Shown: positions 18,974 to 28,385 of the stretch, piece after piece | Layout of the letters: each line of letters begins with the position of its first letter | Numbering within the stretch: the first letter of the stretch is position 1 | DNA from: Thermodesulfovibrionales bacterium | GTDB taxonomy: Bacteria > Nitrospirota > Thermodesulfovibrionia > Thermodesulfovibrionales > Dissulfurispiraceae | NCBI GenBank assembly: GCA_020062545.1 | Contig: JAGUWD010000029.1 | Coordinates: 15,672-79,671, forward strand | DNA: 64,000 bases | Direction of reading: 5' to 3' | The notes under the pieces: model-generated | Told to the model about the DNA's origin: nothing | The model's input: only the letters and a program-made list of their open reading frames with translations | Databases searched by the model: none | Position numbers and translations under genes: made by a program

Positions 18974-19741
18974 ATGTTTGGACCGCAGTTTATGTCATTT
19001 CTGTTTATAGTATTCCTTGTAATCTATTTTCTCTCCAGTGCGATTAAGATTTTAAAGGAATACGAGAGGGGCGTTGTGTTCAGGCTTGGAAGGATTATCC
19101 CGGTAAAAGGTCCCGGACTTGTAATTATATGGCCTATCATTGATAAACTGGTCAAGGTAAGTCTGAGGACGGTCACCATGGATGTGCCTTCTCAGGATAT
19201 TATTACAAAGGACAATATTACTGTTAAGGTCAATGCCGTTGTTTACTTCAGACCGTTAGACCCTGTAAAGGCAATTACAGAGGTTGAGGATTTTTATTAC
19301 GCCACTTCGCAGATAGCACAGACCACGCTCAGGAGTATTTTAGGACAGAGCCAGCTTGACGACCTTCTTACAAAGAGGGATGAGCTTAATGCAGAGCTTC
19401 AGAAGGTGATCGACACGCAGACAGAGCCGTGGGGTGTTAAGGTTACAGCGGTTGAGGTTAAAAATGTTGACCTGCCAACCGAGATGCTCAGGGCAATAGC
19501 AAAACAGGCAGAGGCAGAGAGGGAGAGAAGGGCCAAGATAATACATGCCGAAGGTGAATTCCAGGCATCACAGAAATTGGCAGACGCAGCGAAGATTATC
19601 TCATCAGAGCCTGCAACCCTTCAGCTCAGATACCTTCAGACCTTGACAGAGATTGCAACCGAGAAGAACTCAACAATAATCTTCCCTATTCCTATAGACT
19701 TGATAAAGACATTTCTTGATAAGACTGGGGCAGGAAAATAA
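18974..19741 (+). CDS. SPFH/band-7 (stomatin-like) membrane protein
   Basis: N-terminal [14 protein letters not shown], ..[25 protein letters not shown]. Confidence 0.9.
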   Translation: MFGPQFMSFLFIVFLVIYFLSSAIKILKEYERGVVFRLGRIIPVKGPGLVIIWPIIDKLVKVSLRTVTMDVPSQDIITKDNITVKVNAVVYFRPLDPVKAITEVEDFYYATSQIAQTTLRSILGQSQLDDLLTKRDELNAELQKVIDTQTEPWGVKVTAVEVKNVDLPTEMLRAIAKQAEAERERRAKIIHAEGEFQASQKLADAAKIISSEPATLQLRYLQTLTEIATEKNSTIIFPIPIDLIKTFLDKTGAGK

Positions 19742-19781
19742 GTAGAGGTAAGAGGATATTAGAGTAATAAACAAAAACAAC

Positions 19782-20489
19782 ATATGGATTAAACCCCTGA
19801 TACTCATAATTATTGTCGGCGGGCTGACAATAATTTTCTATAAGACGGGTTTAATCCATTTTTTCCTTAACAGGGAGAGACTGCTTGGCTTTCTGGATTC
19901 CCTCGGGCCTGCTGCATTCATTGGATTTATATTTCTTCAGGTTGCACAGGTCGTTGCGGCGCCAATACCTGGTGAGGTTACTGGACTTTTAGGAGGCTTT
20001 CTTTATGGTCCTTTTCTTGGGGTTATACTATCCACTACAGGATTGACCATTGGCTCCTACATAGCCTTTGCCCTTGCGCGGACATTCGGAAGACCGTTTG
20101 TTGACAGGTTTGTAGACAAAGCCATAATGAATAGATTTGATTATCTCCTTCACCATAAAGGGGCATTCCTCGTTTTTCTGCTGTTTTTAATTCCCGGATT
20201 TCCAAAGGATTATTTATGTTATATACTTGGACTGGGGCATCTTTCTACAATGGAATTCCTTGTGATAGGAGGCACTGGAAGACTTTTCGGCACCATCCTG
20301 CTTACACTGGGAGGAGATTATATAAGACATCATCAGTACGGCAGGTTTTCCATTCTTGTGGGAATTGCGCTGATAGTTGTTTTCATTGCCATGGCATACA
20401 GGGATAAGCTTGAAAGATTGTTCAGGATATGGCATATTATGGACTATAAAAGAAGGAAGGCGAAAAGATCAGACAAAAAGAACTCATAA
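19782..20489 (+). CDS. DedA/TVP38-TMEM64-family membrane protein; start codon uncertain (no ATG/GTG/TTG upstream of the first helix)
   Basis: FLQVAQVVAAPIPGEVTGLLGGFLYG core; frame is open from 19752 and encodes the expected first TM helix (IWIKPLILIIIVGGLTIIFY); the listed ORF starts only at internal TTG 20043. Confidence 0.6.
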   Translation: MWIKPLILIIIVGGLTIIFYKTGLIHFFLNRERLLGFLDSLGPAAFIGFIFLQVAQVVAAPIPGEVTGLLGGFLYGPFLGVILSTTGLTIGSYIAFALARTFGRPFVDRFVDKAIMNRFDYLLHHKGAFLVFLLFLIPGFPKDYLCYILGLGHLSTMEFLVIGGTGRLFGTILLTLGGDYIRHHQYGRFSILVGIALIVVFIAMAYRDKLERLFRIWHIMDYKRRKAKRSDKKNS

Positions 20490-22021
20490 GGTTTCTCATT
20501 GCGTTTATTTTCTTTTTTGCAATTCCCTCAAGTGCATGGGCATTCGTCCCTCACGCCTATCCCGGAATCTACATACACCAGATGGGACATGTGTATTTCT
20601 TCGTCTCCTGCATATTCATTATATGGATTATAGTGCATCATAATTTACACAAGTCGAAGGGCTGGAGATACATACTCCTTGCCGAACTGTTTTTCGCTTT
20701 ATGGAATTTGGATACATTTATAGGACACATTACCGAATTCTGGATCGAAAAAACACAGATAATAGGAAGCAGAGAAGGCTGGGATTATTTTTTCAGAGAT
20801 GTAACAATTGAAGGCAAGGAATATATCTATTACATAACACGATACGAGTTCTTTTTGATATTTCCTGCGATTCTCTTTCTTTATTTGGGGCTTAGAGAAC
20901 ATCTGAAAGAGGAAAAGCCTGTGGTTTCAGTTTCTGCACTTTTGCCATTATTCCCTATTTTATTCTCCGAAGTAGTGGGTGCATTTGTGATGGTTTTTCT
21001 TTCTGTAATGAGCCTGATTACTGCTTTAAGTCTTTACAGAAGGGATAAAGGCAATGTGCTGTGGAGTTATTTGCTGTGGCTTTCTACATCATATGTCATT
21101 TTTTCCATATCGAGGTCATTGGGCCATATTCTTAAACCTGCTTTAGTAGCTACAGGGTATGAGCATGTCTGGAAATCTATAGACCCGTACAGCGGAAGCT
21201 TCATTACCTTTACCTTTGCCGTTATAGGCACTGTCAGCCTCTTCTTTTTCAGGGCATACTCGTCTTATCTTAAAATGCTGGATGACAAAAAAAGGATTGA
21301 GGCTGTTAATGCAGACTTGACCGAGTTGAATCAGGAACTGGAGACCATGGTGGCTGAAAGGACAATGAGTCTGATGGCACTGACCGTTGCTGACAGGGTG
21401 AGGAATCCTGCTGCTGTGATCGGCTGGACATGCAAGCGGATACTCGAGAAGGAAAAGGTTCCTGAAAAACTGGGTGAAAATCTCAAGGACGTCATTGATG
21501 AGTCTGAAAAACTGGAGTCTATTGTTAAAGATTTCGAGGCACTATTAAAAAGCAAACAGTCGATGTTCAGACATGAGGATATTAATGAGATCGTAAAAGG
21601 CGTTGTATCAATCGTTGAAAAAGAGGCGGACGAAAAAAACATAAAGCTTTCTGTAAATCTTGCAGATCATCCCCTTAAGATAAATACACAGAAAAACTTA
21701 TTGAGGGCAGCGATCTTCCACATTATAAGAAACGCCATTGAAGCAACGCCCGAGGGAGGCATAATAACGGTTACAACCTCCGGGAACAACGAATATGTGA
21801 CGCTTGCTATTTCCGATACCGGTGCCGGCATTCCAGAGGAAGATATCGGGAGGATATTCGACCCGTTCTTTAGCACAAAGCTGTTCAGGTTCGGGATGGG
21901 GCTGCCATTAGTAAAGCAGATAATTTCAGAACATCTCGGCGAAATAGAGGTTGAAAGCGGGCACGGAAAGGGCACAACATTTAAATTAAGCTTTCCAGTG
22001 AGATGGATAGAAAAGAAGTAA
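20486..22021 (+). CDS. membrane histidine-kinase-like protein with intact ATPase domain but Asp in the phospho-acceptor position
   Basis: N, G1, F, G2 boxes present (IIRNAIEA, DTGAGI, FDPFFSTK, GMGLPLV); H-box region reads TVADRVRNPAAVIG; possible signal-like extension RFLIAFIFFFAIPSSAWA upstream of ATG 20582 (stop is firm, start is not). Confidence 0.6.
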   Translation: MRFLIAFIFFFAIPSSAWAFVPHAYPGIYIHQMGHVYFFVSCIFIIWIIVHHNLHKSKGWRYILLAELFFALWNLDTFIGHITEFWIEKTQIIGSREGWDYFFRDVTIEGKEYIYYITRYEFFLIFPAILFLYLGLREHLKEEKPVVSVSALLPLFPILFSEVVGAFVMVFLSVMSLITALSLYRRDKGNVLWSYLLWLSTSYVIFSISRSLGHILKPALVATGYEHVWKSIDPYSGSFITFTFAVIGTVSLFFFRAYSSYLKMLDDKKRIEAVNADLTELNQELETMVAERTMSLMALTVADRVRNPAAVIGWTCKRILEKEKVPEKLGENLKDVIDESEKLESIVKDFEALLKSKQSMFRHEDINEIVKGVVSIVEKEADEKNIKLSVNLADHPLKINTQKNLLRAAIFHIIRNAIEATPEGGIITVTTSGNNEYVTLAISDTGAGIPEEDIGRIFDPFFSTKLFRFGMGLPLVKQIISEHLGEIEVESGHGKGTTFKLSFPVRWIEKK

Positions 22022-22027
22022 GAATTT

Positions 22028-23008
22028 TCACCACTTGATAAGGGCCGATGCCCATGTAAGTCCGCCTCCGAATGCCTCAAGCAATACATAATCCCCCTCT
22101 CTGATCCTTCCTATACGTACTGCTTCGTCGAGGGCAATGGGAATTGACGCTGCAGATGTATTGCCGTATCTGTCAAGATTGACAACGACCTTATCCATTG
22201 ACAGTCCGAGTCTGTTTGCCGTTGCCTGAATTATCCTGAGATTTGCCTGATGGGGTATGAGTGTTGAAATCTGCGAAGGTTTCAGGTTGTTCTTCTTTAA
22301 TGTATCAACTACAAGACTTTCAAGGGTTCTGACTGCCACTTTAAATGTTTCGTTACCCTTCATCTTTAAAAAATGTAGCCTTTTGTTAATAGTTTCCTTT
22401 GTGGGAGGGTTTTTTGAGCCGCCGCCTGGAAGGTTTAAGAGTTCCCACAGGCTGCCGTCGGAATGCATCTCTGTGAAAACGATGCCGTTTTCTCCATTTG
22501 CAGCCTCAAGGATGACTGCTCCTGCGCCGTCTCCGAAGAGGACACAGGTTGTCCTGTCTTCCCAATCCGTGAATTTTGACAGGGTTTCTGCACCTACGAG
22601 CAGAATTCTTTTGTACATGCCTGATCTGATAAAACTGTCGGCAACCGATAAGCCATAGATAAAACCGGAGCATGCAGCATTAATGTCAAAGGCAGCAGCC
22701 TTTTTTGCATCTAAAAGATTCTGAAGCAGACATGCGGTGGACGGAACAGGCATATCCCCTGTTACTGTTGCAACTACGATAAGGTCTATATCCTTTGCCT
22801 TAAGGCCGGCCTGTTTGAGTGCTGCTTTTGAAGCCTCATAGGCTAAGTCGGATGTTGACTGTTTTTCGCCGGCTATCCTTCTTTCCTTGATGCCTGTTCT
22901 TTCCGTAATCCATTCATCGGATGTATCCATCATTTTTTCGAGGTCGAAGTTCGTAAGTTTCCTTTCAGGCGCATAAGAGCCTGTGGCAATAATCTTAGCT
23001 CTTAACAT
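22028..23008 (-). CDS. fabH: 3-oxoacyl-ACP synthase III
   Basis: AACSGF active-site Cys, HQAN, GNTSAAS motifs; start taken at MLRAKIIATG. Confidence 0.92.
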   Translation of the reverse strand: MLRAKIIATGSYAPERKLTNFDLEKMMDTSDEWITERTGIKERRIAGEKQSTSDLAYEASKAALKQAGLKAKDIDLIVVATVTGDMPVPSTACLLQNLLDAKKAAAFDINAACSGFIYGLSVADSFIRSGMYKRILLVGAETLSKFTDWEDRTTCVLFGDGAGAVILEAANGENGIVFTEMHSDGSLWELLNLPGGGSKNPPTKETINKRLHFLKMKGNETFKVAVRTLESLVVDTLKKNNLKPSQISTLIPHQANLRIIQATANRLGLSMDKVVVNLDRYGNTSAASIPIALDEAVRIGRIREGDYVLLEAFGGGLTWASALIKW

Positions 23009-24080
23009 ACGATATATCCTTTGAGGGACTTTGTCCCTCAAACTCCCTGTTAGAATGAAGGTCATCTTTTGTCTGAGTTCTAAATGGGCAATGCTCCTTT
23101 AGGGCATTTGCAATGATTTCGTGCACCTTTTTCTTTGCCATCTCTCCTGCGACGCGTATGGCATTCTTTATAGCCCTTGCAGAAGAACGGCCGTGGCTTA
23201 TGATGCATGTCCCACTTATGCCGAGGAGTGGTGCTCCGCCATATTCGGAGTAGTCTGTCCTTTTTTTGAAGTTCTTTATGGCCGGCTTTATCATGATATA
23301 GCCGAGTTTGCCGGTAGTTACATTGGCAATTTCGTGTTTCAGCATCTTCATGATAGTTTCGGCAAGTCCCTCGCTTACCTTTAAAACGATATTCCCTATG
23401 AAGCCGTCGCAGACTATTACATCCGCATTTCCTGAAAAGATGTCTTTTCCTTCTATGTTGCCTGTAAAATTCAGGTCGGCATTTTTTAAAAGCTTGAATG
23501 CCTCTTTTGTCAGCTCGTTTCCTTTAGTGTCTTCCTCTCCGATGCTTAACATGGCGATTCTCGGAGACGGTATATCAAAGATGGCCTTATAATAGGCATT
23601 TCCCATATGGGCAAATTCGAGGAGGTTTTCGGGTTTGCAGTCGACATTTGCCCCTGCATCGATGAGGAGAAAGTATCCTGTTAGTGAGGGCATCATGGTT
23701 GCTATTGCAGGCCTGTCCACATTGGACAGTTTGCCGAGGACAAACAGGGCTGTTGCCATTGCAACACCTGAATGTCCGGCGCTCACTGCAGCGTCTGCTT
23801 CTCCGCTTTTTACCAGATCTACTGCCTTTCGAATGGATGAGTCCTTTTTCCTTCTGAGAGCAGTAGTAGGCGATTCATGCATCTCAACAACCTCTGATGC
23901 ATGATAGATGGATATTCTCTCTGAGGGGTAGCGCCAGTTCTTGAGAGATTCGGTTATTTTCTGCCTGTCTCCTGTAAGTATGACATGGATGTCGTCATAC
24001 TCGCTTACTGCCTCCAATGCCCCTGCTACTGTTACATCAGGGGCAAAGTCCCCTCCCATTGCATCGAGGGCAATCCTCAT
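22995..24080 (-). CDS. plsX: phosphate acyltransferase
   Basis: MRIALDAMGGDFAP N-terminus; conserved fabH-plsX-rpmF synteny. Confidence 0.92.
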   Translation of the reverse strand: MRIALDAMGGDFAPDVTVAGALEAVSEYDDIHVILTGDRQKITESLKNWRYPSERISIYHASEVVEMHESPTTALRRKKDSSIRKAVDLVKSGEADAAVSAGHSGVAMATALFVLGKLSNVDRPAIATMMPSLTGYFLLIDAGANVDCKPENLLEFAHMGNAYYKAIFDIPSPRIAMLSIGEEDTKGNELTKEAFKLLKNADLNFTGNIEGKDIFSGNADVIVCDGFIGNIVLKVSEGLAETIMKMLKHEIANVTTGKLGYIMIKPAIKNFKKRTDYSEYGGAPLLGISGTCIISHGRSSARAIKNAIRVAGEMAKKKVHEIIANALKEHCPFRTQTKDDLHSNREFEGQSPSKDISYVKS

Positions 24081-24265
24081 AATTCTTTGGAAACTACCTC
24101 AAGGACTTTTTTGCCATTGTAAGAGCCGCAATGAGTGCATGCCCTGTGCGGAGGCTTTAACTCCTTGCAGTCGGGGCATTCCACGAGGTTGGGAAGCTGT
24201 CCCTTCCAGTTGGCCCTCCTTTTGTCCCTTCTTGACCTTGAATGGCGATGCGTTGGATTAGCCAT
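24077..24265 (-). CDS. rpmF: 50S ribosomal protein L32
   Basis: MANPTHRHSRSRRDKRR...CPDC...CTHCG zinc-ribbon L32. Confidence 0.93.
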   Translation of the reverse strand: MANPTHRHSRSRRDKRRANWKGQLPNLVECPDCKELKPPHRACTHCGSYNGKKVLEVVSKEL

Positions 24266-24327
24266 TGTTTACTCCTTTCAGGGCATAAGGGGGACTCCGT
24301 TCCCCTCATGATATCCCTTTTTATGTT

Positions 24328-24840
24328 TTATTTTTTTTTCCCTAATAGCTGCTTTAATACTGCCAGTCTCGAGTCTATCTCTGATATGGCACAGTTACAC
24401 TGCGTTATATTCAAATCAACACCGCATTTGGGACATAATCCCTTGCAACCCTCGGAACAGAGCGGTTTCATGGGTATATTCAGCACCAACTGCTCCCTTA
24501 ATAAGTCGTCTGTATCAAAGGTATCATTTCTATAAAACCCGGTGTCAAGTTCATCACCCTTTAGCTCGTAGTGTTCTTCTTTATTAATCTCGGAGGCAGG
24601 GTGATAGACAACATCTATCTTGGAATCTATGTCCATTTCAAATAACTTCAAGCATCTGCTGCACTGAAGCTCAACAGTGCCTTTTGCTGCTCCTGTTATG
24701 ATAACCTCTGACCCCTTTTTGTCAATCCTCAAAGATGCCTTTACAGGCGATACTATTGTAATAGATTCGTCAGAGGAAATCTTCTCTGTTAATTCAAGCT
24801 CTAATCCCTCTTCAGGGATTTCTGAAATTATTACTTTCAT
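24328..24840 (-). CDS. yceD: YceD/DUF177 protein
   Basis: 170 aa acidic protein with C-terminal CKGLCPKCG..CNC, immediately upstream of rpmF as usual. Confidence 0.8.
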   Translation of the reverse strand: MKVIISEIPEEGLELELTEKISSDESITIVSPVKASLRIDKKGSEVIITGAAKGTVELQCSRCLKLFEMDIDSKIDVVYHPASEINKEEHYELKGDELDTGFYRNDTFDTDDLLREQLVLNIPMKPLCSEGCKGLCPKCGVDLNITQCNCAISEIDSRLAVLKQLLGKKK

Positions 24841-25023
24841 AGATCAAAAGGGGAAAAGTCCGCAAAAATAGTCTTAAGTTAGTTACTATAACGATTAAGT
24901 CAAAATTTTGTCAACCTAATCTGGGCGATTTTGTAAGGCAGGGAGTCCACCTTTGGCGGAGTTTTAGGGTCAATGAATTGGCCTGTGATAAAGTGTTAAA
25001 ATGTAACAGAAAGGGGTCTGATA

Positions 25024-26592
25024 ATGCTTGATTATCTTATAAAAAATGGAATGGTCTTTGACGGCAGCGGTTCGGAGCCTGTTAAGACAAATGTCGGCAT
25101 AAGCGGAGACAGGGTAACTTACTCAGGCAATGAGGAAATCCCTGCAAGAGAAGCGATTGATGCGAAAGGACTTATTGTTACTCCTGGATTCATCGATACG
25201 CATGCCCACTCCGAATTCAGCATCCTTGCAGACGGAAGGGCAGAGGGAAAGATTTCTCAAGGGGTCACTACAGAGATAAATGGCAATTGCGGACTTTCGG
25301 CTGCACCCCTTTATGGAGAAGCCTTTGAACACAGGGAAGCTGATCTGAAAGAACTCGGAATAAAAGAGAGATGGTCGACTTTTAAAGAATATTTCAATAT
25401 CCTGAGAAATAAAGGCATTGCAATAAATTTTGCGACATTATGCGGACATGGAAACATACGGGCATCGGTAATGGGTTATAAAGATATAATGCCTGATGAA
25501 AATGCCATGAATGAAATGAAGCGGCTTTTATTGGAGGCCGTAGAGCAGGGAGCAAAAGGCATCTCAACAGGATTGATTTATCCTCCAGGGGTTTATTCAA
25601 CTACTGAAGAATTGATTGAATTATGCTCATCAATTATCACTTACCACGTATCACCCATCTACGCCTCGCACATGAGAAGCGAAGGCGATGAACTTATCGA
25701 GGCTATTGAGGAGGTTATCAGGATAGGAAAGAAAGCAGGAGTGAATGTCCATATCTCGCACATAAAGACTGCCGGTGAAAGGAATTGGTGGAAGATTAAT
25801 AATGCCATCGAATTGGTTGAAAGGGCGAGAAATGAAGGTGTGAATTTAACCTGCGATAGATACCCTTACACTGCAGCCAGTACGGATCTCGATACAATCC
25901 TGCCTTCATGGGTATATGATGGAGGAGTGGATGAAGAATTGAGGAGGCTTAGAGACCCTGATGCCTTAAAAAGAATCAAGACTGAAATTGGATCGAAGGA
26001 TGAAAATTACTGGAAAGGGGTTTGCATCTCATCCGTTGCAAAATCTGAAAACAAATGGATGGAAGGGGAGAGTATTTTTGATATTGCATCGAAATTGGGA
26101 AAACGGCCTGAAGATGTCCTTTTCGAAATCCTTATCGATGAGAAGGCGAGGGTTGGTGCAATATTCTTTTCCATGAGCGAGGATAATTTAAAGAAATTTC
26201 TGTCTCTTCCCTACACAATGATAGGCTCTGACAGTTCTGTCAGATCTTTTTCGGGCCCGACATTCACAGGAAAACCTCATCCGAGGGCATTCGGGACCTT
26301 TCCGAGGTTCATAGCAAAATATGTGAAGAATGAAGGATTGATGCCTCTTTCAGAAGCTATAAAAAAGATGACATATCTTTCTGCCTTAACCTTTGGCTTG
26401 AAAGAGCGCGGCCTTATAAAAGAGGGCTTTTATGCAGATATTACAGTATTTGACTACAATAAGATTATCGACAGGGCAACATTCAAAGAGCCTTATAAGA
26501 AGTCCGAAGGCATTGCATATGTTTTTGTTAATGGTAAGCTGGCAGTCAAAGAAGGGAAATTTACAGGAGGCCTTTCAGGAAGGATTATATAG
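25024..26592 (+). CDS. N-acyl-D-amino-acid deacylase (D-aminoacylase) family amidohydrolase
   Basis: GFIDTHAHSEF metal site, HISHIK, family-typical C-terminal beta-sandwich (DITVFD...). Confidence 0.8.
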   Translation: MLDYLIKNGMVFDGSGSEPVKTNVGISGDRVTYSGNEEIPAREAIDAKGLIVTPGFIDTHAHSEFSILADGRAEGKISQGVTTEINGNCGLSAAPLYGEAFEHREADLKELGIKERWSTFKEYFNILRNKGIAINFATLCGHGNIRASVMGYKDIMPDENAMNEMKRLLLEAVEQGAKGISTGLIYPPGVYSTTEELIELCSSIITYHVSPIYASHMRSEGDELIEAIEEVIRIGKKAGVNVHISHIKTAGERNWWKINNAIELVERARNEGVNLTCDRYPYTAASTDLDTILPSWVYDGGVDEELRRLRDPDALKRIKTEIGSKDENYWKGVCISSVAKSENKWMEGESIFDIASKLGKRPEDVLFEILIDEKARVGAIFFSMSEDNLKKFLSLPYTMIGSDSSVRSFSGPTFTGKPHPRAFGTFPRFIAKYVKNEGLMPLSEAIKKMTYLSALTFGLKERGLIKEGFYADITVFDYNKIIDRATFKEPYKKSEGIAYVFVNGKLAVKEGKFTGGLSGRII

Positions 26593-27276
26593 ATGAAGCC
26601 GATTATTGGCATAACTGCTGACATGGATGACAATATTTATAAGCTTAAGCAGGATTATGTGTCTGCTGTTGAGAAAAGCGACGGCCTGCCTTTAATTTTA
26701 GCGCCAACTGAAGATGTTAGCCGGATTGCAGATTTAATAGATGGCCTATTATTGCCAGGAGGCGATGACCTGTTGCCAGAATATTACGGCGAGTCTGTGC
26801 CTTTAGGAAAATTGAAATTCGTAAAAAAAGAGAGAAGTGATTTCGAGATTGCTACTTTAAAAGAGATAGCAAGGCGACAGAAACCTGTTCTTGCCATATG
26901 CTATGGCATGCAGCTTGTGAATGTCGCATTCGGAGGAAGCCTCTATCATGATATAGAGATGCAGGTAAAAGGCGCTATCAATCATAAAGAAGGCCAGCAC
27001 AAAATAAAGATTGATGGGACATTCTTTTCTATTTTTAACATTCCGCAATTCGCAATCTCCAATCCGCAATTCATCAATTCCTCCCACCATCAGGCAATTA
27101 AAAGACTCGCAGATGGTTTTGAGACATTTGCAGTATCCGAGGACGGGATAATAGAGGGATTCTATAAAAAGGATTACCAGTTTTTTATTTGTGTTCAGTG
27201 GCATCCGGAACGCATATTTTATGATAAACTTTCATTAGGGATATTCGAGACATTTATAAAACATGCAAAGGGCTGA
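26593..27276 (+). CDS. gamma-glutamyl-GABA hydrolase-like class-I glutamine amidotransferase (peptidase C26)
   Basis: ICYGMQL nucleophile Cys, HHQ, VQWHPE; contains an in-frame heptamer tract at about 27036-27080. Confidence 0.8.
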   Translation: MKPIIGITADMDDNIYKLKQDYVSAVEKSDGLPLILAPTEDVSRIADLIDGLLLPGGDDLLPEYYGESVPLGKLKFVKKERSDFEIATLKEIARRQKPVLAICYGMQLVNVAFGGSLYHDIEMQVKGAINHKEGQHKIKIDGTFFSIFNIPQFAISNPQFINSSHHQAIKRLADGFETFAVSEDGIIEGFYKKDYQFFICVQWHPERIFYDKLSLGIFETFIKHAKG

Positions 27277-27285
27277 TGGAGTGTT

Positions 27286-28332
27286 ATGGCAGTTAACAGA
27301 TTTTATTTTATAACATTGACATTTCTTGTATTAGTACTGGGCTACTTGAGCTACCAGATACTCAAGCCATTTTTGTCTCCAATAGCATGGGCTATTGTCC
27401 TTTCACTGGTGTTCTACCCTGTTTATGCCTTTTTACTCAAATATATAAAATTGCGAACTGTGGCATCTTTTATTACCCTCGGCATAATACTGATTATTAT
27501 TCTGGGGCCGTTTTCTTATCTATCCTTTTTGCTTGTGAAGGAACTGAAACACATATCGGATTATGTGGAAGGAGGAAGACTTGAAACCCTGCAAAGAGCA
27601 CTGGAACACCCAACCGTCAGGGCACTGGCGGATAGAATTTCATCGCTGTTTAATATCACGGAAGCCGAGATGGATAAGGCCATTGTGGACGGCATTTCAA
27701 AACTGGGAAAGGATTTGGTAGGCAGGATTACAAAGGGAATGGGCGATGTTGTGACTGTTGCGCTGAATTTTATCTTCATGGCCTTTGCAATATTTTTTCT
27801 TCTTAAAGACGGCACTGAATTTTTAAAAAGGATCCGTGATTACATGCCCTTTTCTGAGGAACAGAAGGACAGACTGACCACACAGATCAGGGACATCATA
27901 ATATCGACGGTTTATGGCGGCGTTGTGGTTGCCATTATCCAGGGAATTATAGCAGGGCTCGCCTTTTATATTCTCGGCATTACCTCGCCGGTTGTCTGGG
28001 GATTGGCAACTTCCATCGCATCATTCATCCCTCTTATCGGCGCATTTGCCGTATGGGGGCCTGCCACTGTATATCTGTTTCTTCAGGGCGCAGTATTGAA
28101 GGGTGTTGCCCTTGCAATTGTTGGCGTTTTTGGAATAAGTTTAATCGACAATATCTTAAAGCCCATCATAATCGGCGGCAGGACAAAGATGCCGATCCTT
28201 GCCATATTTTTCAGCGTATTGGGCGGAATCAAGCTTTTCGGTTTGATCGGGCTTGTAATGGGGCCGTTGGTGCTGGCGATTTTTGTGTCGGTTGTAGAGA
28301 TATTCAGGAACATAGAAACACAATCACAATAG
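27286..28332 (+). CDS. AI-2E family transporter (PerM/UPF0118)
   Basis: 348 aa, 8 TM pattern, ..IPLIGAFAVWGPA.. and ..ILKPIIIG.. motifs. Confidence 0.8.
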   Translation: MAVNRFYFITLTFLVLVLGYLSYQILKPFLSPIAWAIVLSLVFYPVYAFLLKYIKLRTVASFITLGIILIIILGPFSYLSFLLVKELKHISDYVEGGRLETLQRALEHPTVRALADRISSLFNITEAEMDKAIVDGISKLGKDLVGRITKGMGDVVTVALNFIFMAFAIFFLLKDGTEFLKRIRDYMPFSEEQKDRLTTQIRDIIISTVYGGVVVAIIQGIIAGLAFYILGITSPVVWGLATSIASFIPLIGAFAVWGPATVYLFLQGAVLKGVALAIVGVFGISLIDNILKPIIIGGRTKMPILAIFFSVLGGIKLFGLIGLVMGPLVLAIFVSVVEIFRNIETQSQ

Positions 28333-28339
28333 GGGATTT

Positions 28340-28366
28340 CATAAGGGGGACTATGTCCCCCTTATG
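28340..28366. repeat. 12-bp-arm palindrome containing a motif shared with 18921-18940
   Basis: cataagggggac tat gtcccccttatg; the 20-mer ggggatttcataagggggac (28332-28351) recurs at 18921-18940. Confidence 0.7.
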
Positions 28367-28385
28367 CCCCAAGTAGGAGGATACC

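Noticed and set aside
20377-20643. 88-aa ORF overlapping the DedA end and the kinase start
   Set aside because: It is out of frame with both neighbours, Cys/Leu-rich and without features. The region is better explained by the kinase N-terminal extension.
24841-25023. tRNA or small RNA gene in the 180-nt gap before the D-aminoacylase gene (the gap 61506-61711 was also checked)
   Set aside because: I could not find a cloverleaf-compatible stem arrangement or conserved T-loop/anticodon features by eye. The gaps are more likely promoter or leader regions.
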